Notes under the pieces: generated by a model
Database searches by the model: none
Told to the model about the DNA's origin: nothing
The model's input: the letters and a program-made list of their open reading frames with translations, nothing else
Shown here: in pieces, positions 26,717 through 39,660 of the stretch
Layout of the letters: each line of letters begins with the position of its first letter
Position numbering within the stretch: position 1 is the first letter of the stretch
Translations under genes and position numbers: made by a program
Origin: Eledone cirrhosa
Taxonomy: Eukaryota
Length of the DNA: 64,000 bases
Direction of reading: 5' to 3'
Assembly: GCA_964016885.1 (NCBI GenBank)
Contig: OZ024742.1
Span: 317,564,001-317,628,000, forward strand

Positions 26717-27420
26717 TTGCACTTCTTCTTCTTCTTCTTTTTCTTCTTCTTCTCCTTCTCCTTCTTCTTCTCCTACTTCTTCTTCCGCCTCCTCCTCCCC
26801 TTCGCCGACTTACTCCTGTGAGAGCCGTGGGGGTAGAGTTCTCAAACACTTCTTCCAGCAAACGTCGTCAATGGATCCAGCTGCATCCCCAAGCGAAACC
26901 AGCCGAGCGCATGGGTGTTATCCAACTGCTTTGCTCCTGGTCCACACCTGGGCGTCCTGGCAGTTGTTTTTTCCCGTAATATTTGTCCAGAGATTCTTTC
27001 CTGAGACATTCTAACCATATGCCCGTAGTATTGAATCTGTGATACGGAGAAATAGCGGTTCTACCTAAAGCGACTTTCGGGTCTCCAAGCTACGCACTCT
27101 ATCGAATAACGTTACTCCAAAGACCCTTCCAGGGAACATTTCGGCCACTTGTATTTACAGTCGTATTTTTCGGTCATTGCCCAAGATACATAATCATAGA
27201 TAAGGGTTGGCACAAACAGCGAAATGACACTAGCGAGTTTAGCTTTTACACGTTTAGCTGATTACCGAATGCTGAAGTTGGAGCATTACTGCACCATTTC
27301 CTACCTTCCATTACTTGTGAACACGACCCCTTGAATTTCTCCACTTGGTTCAGTAGAACTCCGCTCTAATGTATGGAGCACTGCGGAGGCTTCCTTGACA
27401 AGACGAATGTCTCAGTTTTC
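26717..27420 (-). mobile_element. RTE LINE 3' end with (AAG)n tail, nested in a family A SINE (26540-26712 + 27455-27540)
   Basis: Degenerate RTE C-terminal coding sequence homologous to 8480-8745; (CTT)n at 26717-26790; SINE halves on either side. Confidence 0.7.
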
Positions 27421-27684
27421 AGAGTACTGATTTTCATTCCTTTTCGCACGCGGAATAAAATAAAAGTGTCTTGCTCACGGAATCCACCTCACGAACTTCA
27501 TGGTCGACAGCAAAATACCCTAACAACTAAATTCCTTCACAAAATATTCTCAATGAAATAATATATAGTTTAAGAAAATATCATCTTAAAAAATTTAACA
27601 AAATACAATATAAATTTATTGTTTAGAAATATGTATATATAAAATAGAAAGAAGACTACATGAAAACAATATATTTATATATAC

Positions 27685-27764
<80 letters not shown>

Positions 27765-27885
27765 CGAGAGTGTATGTATATATGATATTATAATTATACA
27801 TAAATACATATTCATGTTTATGTGTGCATGATTGTAGATATATGTACTTACCTATGTGTTTGTGCATACACACACACATATACAC

Positions 27886-28450
<565 letters not shown>

Positions 28451-28816
28451 ATACATATGGTGTGGTGTATGTATCAACGTAAATTCGAGCAAGAATGTGT
28501 ATTATATATGGATCTTAATACTATTTTTATAAACCAATGTTGCATAGATAATATTGGCAACAACCTGATGTATACGTACTAAAACCTCTTCACAGCTTTT
28601 ATTAACACTGCTGCAGTCTGTGTACATATTGACTTCCTATTTAATGCTTATTTTCTCTTACAGCCATCCTTTGCTCTCCCATCCCCACACACCTTCCATT
28701 TTAAATATACAAATGTGTGTGTTTTTGTATGTAAGTATACACATGTGTGTGGAGAGCGTTGAGTACATATTGTATACGAGAATATACACATATTAAACAT
28801 TCTAAACCTCTCTCTT

Positions 28817-28849
<33 letters not shown>

Positions 28850-29709
28850 GATTTAAAATGTTAAATACACAGAGCTTATAAATATATAAGGAGTTGACCG
28901 TGTTTATATACAAATATAAGCATGGATCCTAGAATCAAAACCGGCACAAATTGTACTATGTCCACAGATAATTATTGATGCAAATACATAAATACATGTG
29001 CACTTATTTATTATGTATTTTTTCCTGTTTATAATTACTATCTCTCATAGACAAAAATCTTGCGTGTTTTTCATTATGTAGAGTTTTACATAGTTCTACC
29101 ATAAATCTTCACTTTATTTCTCTTTACTTTTTCTTCATCTAATCAGAGTATTCAGATGCTCACTTTTATTATAGACATAATATGAAGTATCAAGAACTAT
29201 TGCTGACTATATGTTTAGTTACATCGCTCTTAAAAACAAATGAACTTTTGTAACAACTCAACGATCAACAACCCTTAACTCCATGCAGCTTGTGCTAATC
29301 TTATAAATGTTATCTTCTTTGCATAAACTTTGCTAATGACTCCTGTATACATTCACTCTTTCATACACAGTTTCTTATACATATATTAACACATGTATAT
29401 ACATATGTATATATACATGAACGTCAACAGTCTCATGTTGGAGGCCTAGCAAATTAAGAGAAAAGCAGATACATGTTTTCAGTACCTAAACATACATTTC
29501 AAGATAACTGCATAAACACTAACACATTTTTACTTTAACGTTAATTATTTTTTAGAAACAGAATTTTGTTTCTAAATCTTCATTAACTCTTCATTTGCAT
29601 TTTTCCGCCACACAGCGTTAGAAATCATTATTTGATTGGCAGAATCGGTAGAGCGTCGGACCAAATGTCTTGTGGTATTTAGTTGTATGTCTCTACGTTC
29701 TGAGTCGAT

Positions 29710-30475
29710 GAGAACGAACTAACCAGTTTGTTCTTGGGAACTTGGGCCTATGGGTAATTTCCAGAAATGTTTAGCCTGACAGTGCTACCTGGGGGTAATG
29801 TCGGTTCGAGACAATTTCTTCAGGTATGGAACTGCTATCTGATAGACCTATCCGAGATTCACGCAGTTCAATGAAACCGTTCTACATGCATTAGTCCAGT
29901 GTCCGAAAATTACTGACTTGTGGAGTTTTGTCGAACAGCTATTATCGCGTGTAGGTCGGATCTGACTATCGGCTGGCTCCATTGTGAAGCTCACCCGCCG
30001 CCTTCATTTGGTTGGGAAGGGCAGGTAGTCTCCCTCTGCCTGGGGGCTGTAGCAAAAGAGGTTGTATATTGGACGTGGCTGAAAGGAATGATGACAGACA
30101 CTTTCCTCTTCGACCAAGCCCTCAACTTTTTCAACTTCCACTTGGAAAGGAAGATCCGAGTGGAGAGGGAAGTGCTGCGACCGAGTACATTTGTTAAAAT
30201 GTGAGTGAATGTAACGAGGATGACCCGAGTGAATGGGCCTACTCTGATTATGCGCCTGTAGGCTGGAGAGTTTAGAGAGGAAAGGCGTGCCCTCCTTGGA
30301 TGCTCTTGGAGAGTTAGGTAGTTTAGGAACGTTGGGGTTTCTAAGTCACCTCTACTACTGCTCCTATTGGGAAACTTTATTATGTATTTTGCTACGTTTT
30401 TTTTTTTACTGAATTTTATGTAAGCCACAACTGACCCTATTTCAGCCCTAAGGCCAATAAAGAAATAATTATTAT
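29710..30475 (+). mobile_element. L1/Tx1-like LINE 3' end
   Basis: Zn-knuckle-like ETVLHALVQCPKITDLWSFVEQLLSRVGR followed by a 3' UTR ending aataaagaaataatt; abuts a family B SINE head at 29632-29705. Confidence 0.7.
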
Positions 30476-31407
30476 CATTATTGTTATTGTCTCTGAGATT
30501 TTATTATTGTTTTTCAAAGTTTATTTTTACCCGTGTGGGGTCCTATTATTGCTAAATTCGTGCGTATAATTCGCCCTACTTTGCACTTCGAGAAAAGCAG
30601 TCTTTATTTGGGATTTTTGGATTGTGATATTTTAAATAATCAAATAATTTCTCATTACAGCTCATCCCCTCTGCCTCATTGAAATAAATTCCCCTCCGCC
30701 ACTCTGTCGTTGCCGTCATAGCTTCAGGCAGTAAAATCAAAAACAGCATCATCAAAACACGTGATGCCATTGCAGAGTATAACACCTTTTTTCCTGCTTT
30801 GACACCTGCTAGTCAGCGCATGCCCCTACCATCACAGCAATATGTGGAAGCAAGAAAAACCTCCACTACCACTATCACAACAGATAACAGTGCCAACTAT
30901 TCCCCATTAAACTAGAAGTAATTATTAATTTATTAAAGAGTATGTTGACTGGTAGAATTGGTAGAGTGCCTTACCAAATATCTCACAATATATTTAATTA
31001 TTCCTCTTTACGAACTTATTTCTAACCCCTTCAGGGGCCAATGGATTGAGTGTCAGTTTAGTATGATCCTTTGTTTAAAAGACTTCTTCGCCTTGCAAAA
31101 AAGCATAAGGCCATGTGTCTATAATAAAACCTTTATTCGTATCTTGTTGAAAACCTTTATTTTCTATTTTTTAAAGTACTTATTGGTGTTTAAAACAAAG
31201 CCAGAAATATTCTCAAAACCCTATCTACGATAGGTTAGCAATTATTCATTGATTTCTTTAACACTTTTTGTACAAAACAGTTTGAAACCATTGCTGGGCG
31301 TATGGTACAAAACAGTTTGTTTTAAAATGATTTTATTCAACTAGACATTCTATTGTAATCCTATGCAAACAAACTTTCCGTAATTATTCTCCAATCACTA
31401 ACTTAAT

Positions 31408-32055
31408 AATTGTTCTACATTTAGCACAACGTCAATAATATGAAGTGAAGGAGGAAGCCGATTAAATCGATTCCAGTGCGTTACTGTTGTTTTATTTCAT
31501 CGAACCCGTAAGGATGAAAGACAAAGTTAACTTCGGCAGGATTTAAACGTAAAGGACGGTAACTATATGCCGCAAAGCATTCTGTCCGACGCTCTACCGA
31601 TACTGTCAATTCACCACCCTAACATTAGCCTAATAATGGTCTCTGATTTAGGCACAAGACCAACAATTGGGGGGGGGGCAAGTTGATTAAATCGACCCCA
31701 GTGCATTACTGGTGCTTTAGTTTATCAACCCCGTAAGAATAAAAGGCAAAGTTAACCTCGGTGGGATTTTAACTCAGAACGTAAAGCGCTGCAAAGCTTT
31801 TTATCTGACGCTCTACCGATACTGCCAATCCACCGCCCAAATTTAGCCTAATTGGTTTCTCATTTAGGCACAATGTCAACAATTTTGGTGGGAGGGACAA
31901 GTTGATTATATCAACCACAGTACGTTACTGGTACTTTAGTTCATCGACCCCGTAATGATGAAAGGCGGGATTTGAACTTAGAGCGTAAAGGATCATAACT
32001 CTATGCCACAAAGAATATTGTCCAACGCTCTACCGATACTGGCAATCCACCGCCC
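31408..32055 (-). mobile_element. Second head-to-tail trimer of SINE family B
   Basis: Units ~31408-31619, 31632-31838, 31849-32055. Confidence 0.85.
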
Positions 32056-32649
32056 TACATTAGCCAAATAATGCGAAAGCAAATATATTTCTAAATCTTT
32101 CCCAAATTCTTATTTTCAAAATTAATTGAAAATCATAGGCAATATCTTCCTTTCAAATGTCGCAACAAAAGATTTAGTGATGATATTTATCAAAAACCTT
32201 CCATCATAATTTGAAAGAACTTTTTGTTATGTTATGTTCGAAATTCCAGCTTAATAATGAAATAGTTAGTTATAATATTAAATCCTTTCCAAATTCTTGA
32301 TTATTTTCAAAATTATTTCACTGTCATAGGTAGTTTTATTTCAATAGAGATATGTCAAGGAAAGTGTTCATGATATAATCTGTTGTTACCTTAGTTGGTA
32401 TTCGTTGCACCCAACATCGCTAATAAACGAAGATCAAATTGAATTTAGATAATTGACAAATAAACACACCTGAACGAAAGCACATATTATGATGCATCCT
32501 AGATATAGAATAAGGATAAAGACACCATAACTCCTTGTGGGGTTGTAGGGCATCGTCATGCGGCGTGTCTAGGGCACTTTTAAATCTGATGAAGCTCAAC
32601 CCTCGCCGTGTCTGAACAGAGCGAATTTTTTCTCTAGAGGAAGAATCGA

Positions 32650-32797
32650 CAACAGTACTGGACTGGTACTTTTTTTATCGACGAGGATGAAAGGCAAAGT
32701 TGACCACTGTTGTATTTGAACTCAGAACAATGAGGTGGAACGTAAACCGTAAAGCATTCTATCCGACGTCTTAACGACTCTGCCAATTCGCCGCCTT
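32650..32797 (-). mobile_element. SINE family B, diverged copy
   Basis: ctggtacttttttatcgac...gatgaaaggcaaagttgacc...tttgaactcagaac...ctgccaattcgccgcct. Confidence 0.75.
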
Positions 32798-32912
32798 CTA
32801 GTCTCAGATATACATAAATATGAACAAGCAAATCGCATATATTCCCGCACAGCAGTATAAATATAAACATACGATATCTTCCTATACCGTAATCTTTATC
32901 AATCTATCTATA

Positions 32913-33175
32913 CAGGTCGGGCCAGAATTCATAGCTCACTTGATTATTTATAGATTATTTATAAATAAAAACCTGTGCGGCATAAGAAATAAAAATATAA
33001 ATTAAGAAACCTGCTAAGCATATTAAGAAATAAACTAATAAATTAAAACAATAAAGTAACAATAAAATAAGCATATTAAGAAATAAACTAATAAATTACA
33101 ACAATAAAGTAACAATAAAATAAGCATGTTAAGAAATGTAACTAAGAAGCGAGTCATGAATTTTGGCCCACCATG
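32913..33175. mobile_element. Tc1/mariner-like MITE with an internal ~53-bp tandem repeat
   Basis: TA-caggtcgggccagaattcatagctcactt ... aagcgagtcatgaattttggcccaccatg-TA; internal taagcatattaagaaataaactaataaatt... x2+. Confidence 0.75.
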
Positions 33176-33479
33176 TATATTACTAAAAGTCTGTGATTGC
33201 TTGCTTGACTATAATGTAATACAGCCAAAAGGGTGCATAACGGCAAAATACTTTGAAAGGAAGTTGACCCTGAAATGAGAATACAAATGGAATAAAACAA
33301 GTTTCTTATAAATCGAAGCACGGGTTCCCGAGATATGGGGTTTTCTGGGTCCCATCATAAACAGAGAGAGAGAACGAGATAGTAGTTGTGAGAGAGTAGA
33401 TTGAAAGAGAGACATAGAGAGAGGGAGAGGAGACAGAGAAGGAGAATGGAAGAGAGAGATGGTGGTATTGTTGTATATG

Positions 33480-33545
<66 letters not shown>

Positions 33546-33624
33546 TGAGTGTGTGCGTATATGCGTGTGTGTCTATGACCAGTGCATATAGATCACAGAC
33601 ACCCTCATATATATATATATATAT

Positions 33625-33657
<33 letters not shown>

Positions 33658-33706
33658 TGTATACACATACACAGACACACATTTATATATATATATATAT
33701 ATATAT

Positions 33707-33992
33707 ATTTTAAGAGTTAAACAAGGTTCAATGAATACATCAAAGAATGAGTTTTACAATAGATTGGAAGCACTCAACTAAAAAAAAAATGTTTTCCAGA
33801 GTTATTAATATTAATTCAAAATATTAACAAAATGAATCTTAACCATCTACTATGTCAGGGTATGTCATGTATCATTTTATTTTATCTGATGAGGACGTAC
33901 TGTTGAACTTAACTCAGTACCTCTGAAATATGTATAATAAAATATAATTGATCACAAGAATATCTATTTTGTTAATATTTTGAATTAATATT
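33707..33992. mobile_element. Short HHR-bearing (retrozyme-like) element with inverted 3' part, in (TA)n
   Basis: 33707-33833 is the reversed 3' end of the family; 33834-33992 is the forward HHR part; homologous to 37449-37860. Confidence 0.8.
33878..33944 (+). ncRNA. Type I hammerhead ribozyme
   Basis: tattttat-CTGATGA-ggacgtactg(ttgaacttaact)cagtacctct-GAAA-tatgta-TA-ataaaata. Confidence 0.85.
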
Positions 33993-34105
33993 ATATATAT
34001 ATATATATATATACACACACGAATATATATGGGCCTTCCAGTTTCATTTCACATTATATACATGTCTGTGTATATTTTCATTATTTAAAAAATATTTTAA
34101 AGTGA

Positions 34106-34135
34106 ACGTGACCCAACGGGTCGCGGGTGGTCTAG
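34106..34135 (+). mobile_element. Helitron 3' terminus
   Basis: Hairpin gtgacccaacgggtcgc then gggtggt-CTAG|T; 5' end not located. Confidence 0.6.
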
Positions 34136-34753
34136 TATCGCATAAAGCTCAACCTCACGCACTCATGCACACACGCCCATGCCCGCATAGAGAGGCGCGA
34201 GCACACACAAACACACACACACTCACACACGTCTATTCACATACATATGAACATTCATTACTTTGAAAATGTGACAAAATCTTGCACATACATACACATA
34301 TGAACTATGTATGTATTTATACATGTATGTATGTATACAGATATTCATGTGTGTATATGCATGTATGTATGCATGTTCATACAAACACGCCACATGTTCC
34401 GCCTTTATAAATATTTTGTAACTTTTATATATACAAGTAATTTATAGAGCATACACACACATTAATGTGTATGTACGTGTATATGTATGTGTGTGAATAA
34501 ATATACAAACATACATATACACATACAAACATATATGCATACTGCAATACATGTATACATAAATAAATACATGCATACGTACATGCATACATGCATACAT
34601 ACATACATGCATACATACATGCATACATACATTCATACATGCATACATACATACATGCATACATACATGCATACATCATATATACATACATGCATGCATA
34701 CATACATACATATATACATACAAATAGACATACATATATACATACATATATAC

Positions 34754-35166
34754 ATGGTGGCTGCCAACTCGTTTTCGAGTACGGCCACTACTTTATATCC
34801 ATGTAGGAGAACCCCTACCGATGCGCTGAACGAGTGTGACTTTTGAGTCCAGCCAGCGACTTGAAAACTCTGGTACAAACACTACACTTGTGACAATTAT
34901 TGACACATAGTGCTGGGCCCATGGTACCATGTGACGACAAGTGCAGAGAGATCTCCAGATATAAAGCAATGCCTGTGCCATGAAGCTTTTATAGTGAGCA
35001 AAGGCACTGCACAAAGCCAGTCCCACTCTCTTAACCAAGATGATATTTACCAAAAAGAAGAACAAGTCAACATCATTGGATACCATCAGGGTTGCAGGTG
35101 TTATATCAGAGTTTTCCTTCTCCTAGAATTCTGCCTTGACAAAGGCTAAGGGGTCATCTCTCCCGG
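34754..35166 (-). mobile_element. RTE-derived non-autonomous element, copy 3 (5'-truncated)
   Basis: Near-identical to copy 1; (CATA/CATG)n on both sides. Confidence 0.8.
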
Positions 35167-35624
35167 ACATATATACATACACACATACATACATACATGC
35201 ATACATACATGCATACATACATACATACACATACATACATATACATACATAGATACGTGCATACATACATACATACATACATACATACATACATACATAC
35301 ATACATACATACATACATACATACATACATACATACATACATACATACTATGATAATCCTAGAAAGCCCTACAATGTCTACATACGCACAGAATAGCTTG
35401 CATATGCACACATACACAAATACATAGACAAACTCACACAGACACACGCACACTCACACACACTCACATACGCATATACACAAAGACATGCGTACACACT
35501 CACACACACATGCGCATATACACAAACACGTACATATATACATACACGCGTATCAACATATATGCAAACTTAAAATGATTCAACCTCGGTTTTAAAGAAG
35601 CTCTCCACCACCACCTTCACGCCT

Positions 35625-36297
35625 ACGCCCTTTCATACACATATACATGCGCATACACTTTCATACACACATACACATATACATGCGTACACATATACAT
35701 ATTCGTACACTCATACACTTTCATATATACATATACATTTACATACACTTTCATACACACATACACAACTACACATACATAGAGATATACTTTCATACAC
35801 TCATACACAATTACACATACACTTTCATACATACATACATTGCACATACACTTTCATACATACACACACATACATACATGCACATACACAACTACACATA
35901 TACATACACATACACTTTCGTACACACATACACTTTCGTACACACATACACAACCACACATATACATGCACATACACTTTCGTACATACATACACAACCA
36001 CACATATACATACACCTTCATATACACATACACTTTCATACACTCATACACTTTCGTACACACATACACTTTCGTAAATACATACACAACCACACATATA
36101 CATACACATACTCTTACGTACACACATACACAATTACACATATACATACACAACCACACATATGCATACGCTTATACGTTCCTACACACATACACTTTCA
36201 TACACACATACACACATACATAATTACACTAATACATACACAACCACACATATGCATACGCATATACGTTCGTACATTCATACACATACACACATAC
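35625..36297. repeat. Degenerate CA-rich minisatellite (catacactttc(a/g)tacaca motif), resuming at 36900-37050
   Basis: Recurrent catacactttc and cacaaccacacat motifs. Confidence 0.8.
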
Positions 36298-36895
36298 ATG
36301 GTGGCTGCCAACTCGTTTTTGAGTACGGCCACTACTTTATATCCATGTAGGAGAACCCCTACCGATGCGCTGAACGAGTGTGACTTTTTAGTCCAGCCAG
36401 CGACTTGAAAACTCTGGTACAAACACTACACTTGTGACAATTATTGACACATAGTGCTGGGCCCATGGTACCATGTGACGACAAGTGCAGAGAGATCTCC
36501 AGATATAAAGCAATGCCTGTGCCGTGAAGCTTTTATAGTGAGAAAAGGCACTGCACAAAGCCAGTTCCACTCTCTTAACCAAGATGATATTTACCAAAAA
36601 GAATCATTGGATACCATCAGGGTTGCAGGTGTTATATCAGAGTTTTCCTTCTCTTAGAATTCTGCCTTGACAAAGGCTAAGGGGTCATCTCTCCCAGTGA
36701 TTTTGGATGGGCATTGACTCTTAAGAGCTCCTTTGCCCTTTGACAGGTTTTGTTTTTAGTCCTGCAGGATGTCCAAAGTCACCCTCCTCACCAAGAAACC
36801 TTGGTGGGGTTACCAGTTTAGTCGCCAACGACCCGACCATGGGACAGGTTGTACTGGAATACATGTTACCAATTAGCACCAACTGGTGACCTGAC
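36298..36895 (-). mobile_element. RTE-derived non-autonomous element, copy 4 (long, deletion subtype)
   Basis: Shares the deletion and diagnostic bases (ccagttccact, gggcattgactc) with copy 2. Confidence 0.8.
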
Positions 36896-37067
36896 AGACC
36901 ATACACGCATACACAATACATATACATACACATACCCTTTCATACACACATACACACATACACTTTCGTGTCTACATACACACATACACTTTCGTATCCA
37001 CATACACACATACACACATACACACATACACATATACACAACTACATATATATATATATATATATAT

Positions 37068-37383
37068 GACCAAAAGTTAAACAAGGTTCATTGATTAATC
37101 ATTGAATATAGTTTTACAATAGATTAGAAGCACTCAACAGTTAAGTTTTATGGAGTTATTATTAATTCAAAATATTCATAAATATAGACATTCATGTAAT
37201 CAAATATATTTTATTATATATATTTCGGAGGTACTGTGCTGTTTCCTCAGTACGTCCTCATCAGATAAAATATATAAATTGATGTATGACATACCTCAAC
37301 TGTGTTGATGGTTCAATTCCAGTTTTGGCAGTGAATATAATAAACCTTTATTTGTCTGCCTGTTTTGTTCCCGTCTAAATTTG

Positions 37384-37388
<5 letters not shown>
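37068..37388 (-). mobile_element. Short HHR-bearing element, ~320-bp uninverted unit between (TA)n tracts
   Basis: Homologous to 45198-45287 + 46397-46521; carries the HHR at 37204-37275. Confidence 0.8.
37204..37275 (-). ncRNA. Type I hammerhead ribozyme
   Basis: Minus: atatattttat-CTGATGA-ggacgtactg(aggaaacagca)cagtacctcc-GAAA-tatata-TA-ataaaatatat; 11-bp stem I. Confidence 0.88.
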
Positions 37389-37452
<64 letters not shown>

Positions 37453-37493
37453 TTCAAAATATTAACAAAATTAGACATTCTTGTGATCAATTA

Positions 37494-37560
37494 TATTTTA
37501 TTATACATATTTCAGAGGTACTGAGTTAAGTTTAACAGTACGTCCTCATCAGATAAAATA
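37494..37560 (-). ncRNA. Type I hammerhead ribozyme
   Basis: Minus: tattttat-CTGATGA-ggacgtactg(ttaaacttaact)cagtacctct-GAAA-tatgta-TA-ataaaata. Confidence 0.85.
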
Positions 37561-37645
37561 GGATGATGCATGACATACCCTGACATAGTAGATGGTTAAG
37601 ATTCAGTCATGGTAGTACTATGTCAGGGTATGTCATGCATCATCC

Positions 37646-37712
37646 TATTTTATCTGATGAGGACGTACTGTTAAACTTAACTCAGTACCTCTGAAATATG
37701 TATAATAAAATA
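37646..37712 (+). ncRNA. Type I hammerhead ribozyme
   Basis: Same sequence as 37494-37560 on the opposite strand. Confidence 0.85.
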
Positions 37713-38072
37713 TTAAAATATAATTGATGACAAGAATATCTATTTTGTTAATATTTTGAATTAATATTAATAACTCTGGAAAATCTCACTGTTGAGTGCT
37801 TCCAATCTATTGTAAAACTCATTCTTTGATGTATTCATTGAACCTTGTTTAACTTTTAAATATATATATATATACACTTCCCTAATTATAGAATTCACCT
37901 CAACTCGCCCCAGTTTTGTTGTTTTTATATTTCTATATTTTATTTTATTGTTTTTCTTTGTTTATCTATTATTATTTTTTTGTTTTGTTTGTTTTATTGT
38001 TGTTTATTTTAATTTCCTGCCAAGGTGGAACGACTTTGAACTCTATACAAATATTTCAACAGATGTCTCCAA

Positions 38073-38610
38073 TTGCTGCTGCTGCAGCTGCTGCCGGTGT
38101 TGCTGCTGCTGCTGCTGCTACTACTACTACCACTACTACTGATGCTGCTGTTGCTGCTACTACTACTATTACTACCACTACTACTACCACTACTACTACT
38201 ACTACTACAACTACTGATGCTGTTGCTGGCGCTGCTGCTACTACTACTACTACTGATGCTGTTGCTGTTGCTGGCGCTGCTGCTGCTACTACTACTACTA
38301 CTACCACTACTACTGCTGCTGCTGCTGCTACTGCTATTACTGCTGCTGCTGCTACTACTAATGTTACTGCTACTACTACTACTAGTGAAAGTGTTATTAC
38401 TACTACAACTGTAACTACTACTCCTACCACTACTACTGAAGCTGCTACTACTACTACTACTACTACTACTGCTGCTGTTGCTGCTGTTGCTACTATTACT
38501 ACTACTGCTGCTACAACAATAATTACTTCTCTTACCACTACTGCTGATGCTGATAGTACTACTACTACTACTACAACTGTTGCTGCTATACTCCTACTAC
38601 CACTAATAAT
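38073..38610. repeat. Compound (GCT)n/(ACT)n trinucleotide repeat
   Basis: Direct reading. Confidence 0.9.
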
Positions 38611-38796
38611 AATAATTGTTTCTACTTTTGGCACAAGGCCAGCAATTACTCAGTGCATTACTGGTACTTTATTTTATCGACCTCGTAAGGATGAAAGGCA
38701 AAGTTAACCTCGGCGGGATTTGAACTCAGACCATAAAGGGCCGTAACTCTATGCTGCAAACATGGCGTCCGACCCTCTACCGATACTGCCAATCCA
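38610..38796 (-). mobile_element. SINE family B, internally deleted subtype (also 21766-21831 + and 59195-59291 +)
   Basis: Shared shortened 3' part gtaccagtaat(g/a)cactg(a/g)gtaattgctggccttgtgcc.aaagtagaaacaatt. Confidence 0.8.
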
Positions 38797-39199
38797 GAAT
38801 AATAATAATGATTTTTTTCATATTGACACAAATCCTCCACAAATTATTATCGTCTATTAAACCTAGCGCATAGGTTGCTGGATCTCGTTATACCATTGAT
38901 CTCGCGAGATTGAAATACCAAGAAGGAATTTCAAAACTAAATTATTTTTTAATGATACTCCCCAGTTTCTGTCACGGTACCTCTCTGGTAAAACTTATAA
39001 TAGCTTCTGATTTAGACACAATACTACCAATTTGAAAGAAGGGGAAAATCGATTAAATCGACTCAGTACTTGACTGAAACTTTCATTTTAGGATGAACGG
39101 TAAAGTTGGACTCGGAGCGGCTTGAATTCAGAACGTAAAGAGTTGGAAAAATGCTTCAAAGCATTTCTTCTGATGATCTGATGAGGCTGCCAATCCTGA

Positions 39200-39411
39200 T
39201 GATAATGAGGATATTGATGATGATGATCATGATCATGATCATCATCAGCATCATCATCAGCATCAATATCATCATCAGCATCATCGTCGTCGTCGTCGTC
39301 GTCATCGTCGTCATTATCATCGGCATCATCATTGTCTTCATCATCATCATCATCATCGCTGTCGTCGTCGTCATCATCGTCGTCATCATCATCATCGGCA
39401 TCATTATTGTC

Positions 39412-39447
<36 letters not shown>

Positions 39448-39660
39448 GTCGTCGCTGTCGTCGTCGTCATCATCATCACCATCATCATCACCATCCTCAT
39501 TGTCATCATCATCATAATCATCATCGTCATCATCATCATCGTCATCATCATCATCGTCATCATCATCATTATCAGCATCACCATCATCAGCATCGTCATC
39601 ATCATCATCATCATCATCATCGCCATCATCATCATCATCATCAGTGCCATCATCATTCAG
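39200..39660. repeat. (CAT)n/(CGT)n trinucleotide repeat
   Basis: Direct reading; lies between SINE remnants at 39003-39195 and 39655-39812. Confidence 0.9.

Larger units (their letters stand above)
37449..37860. mobile_element. Short HHR-bearing element as a fold-back pair
   Basis: 37449-37588 is mirrored by ~37616-37765; the right arm continues to the family 3' end at 37860, then (TA)n. Confidence 0.82.

Noticed and set aside
32586-32625. CTGATGA-a-gctc...gagc-GAA
   Set aside because: Core incomplete and no stem III or stem I partner.
37916-38707. 263-aa mucin-like Thr/Ala ORF
   Set aside because: Composed of a (GCT/ACT)n repeat and running into an antisense SINE; no splice or domain support.
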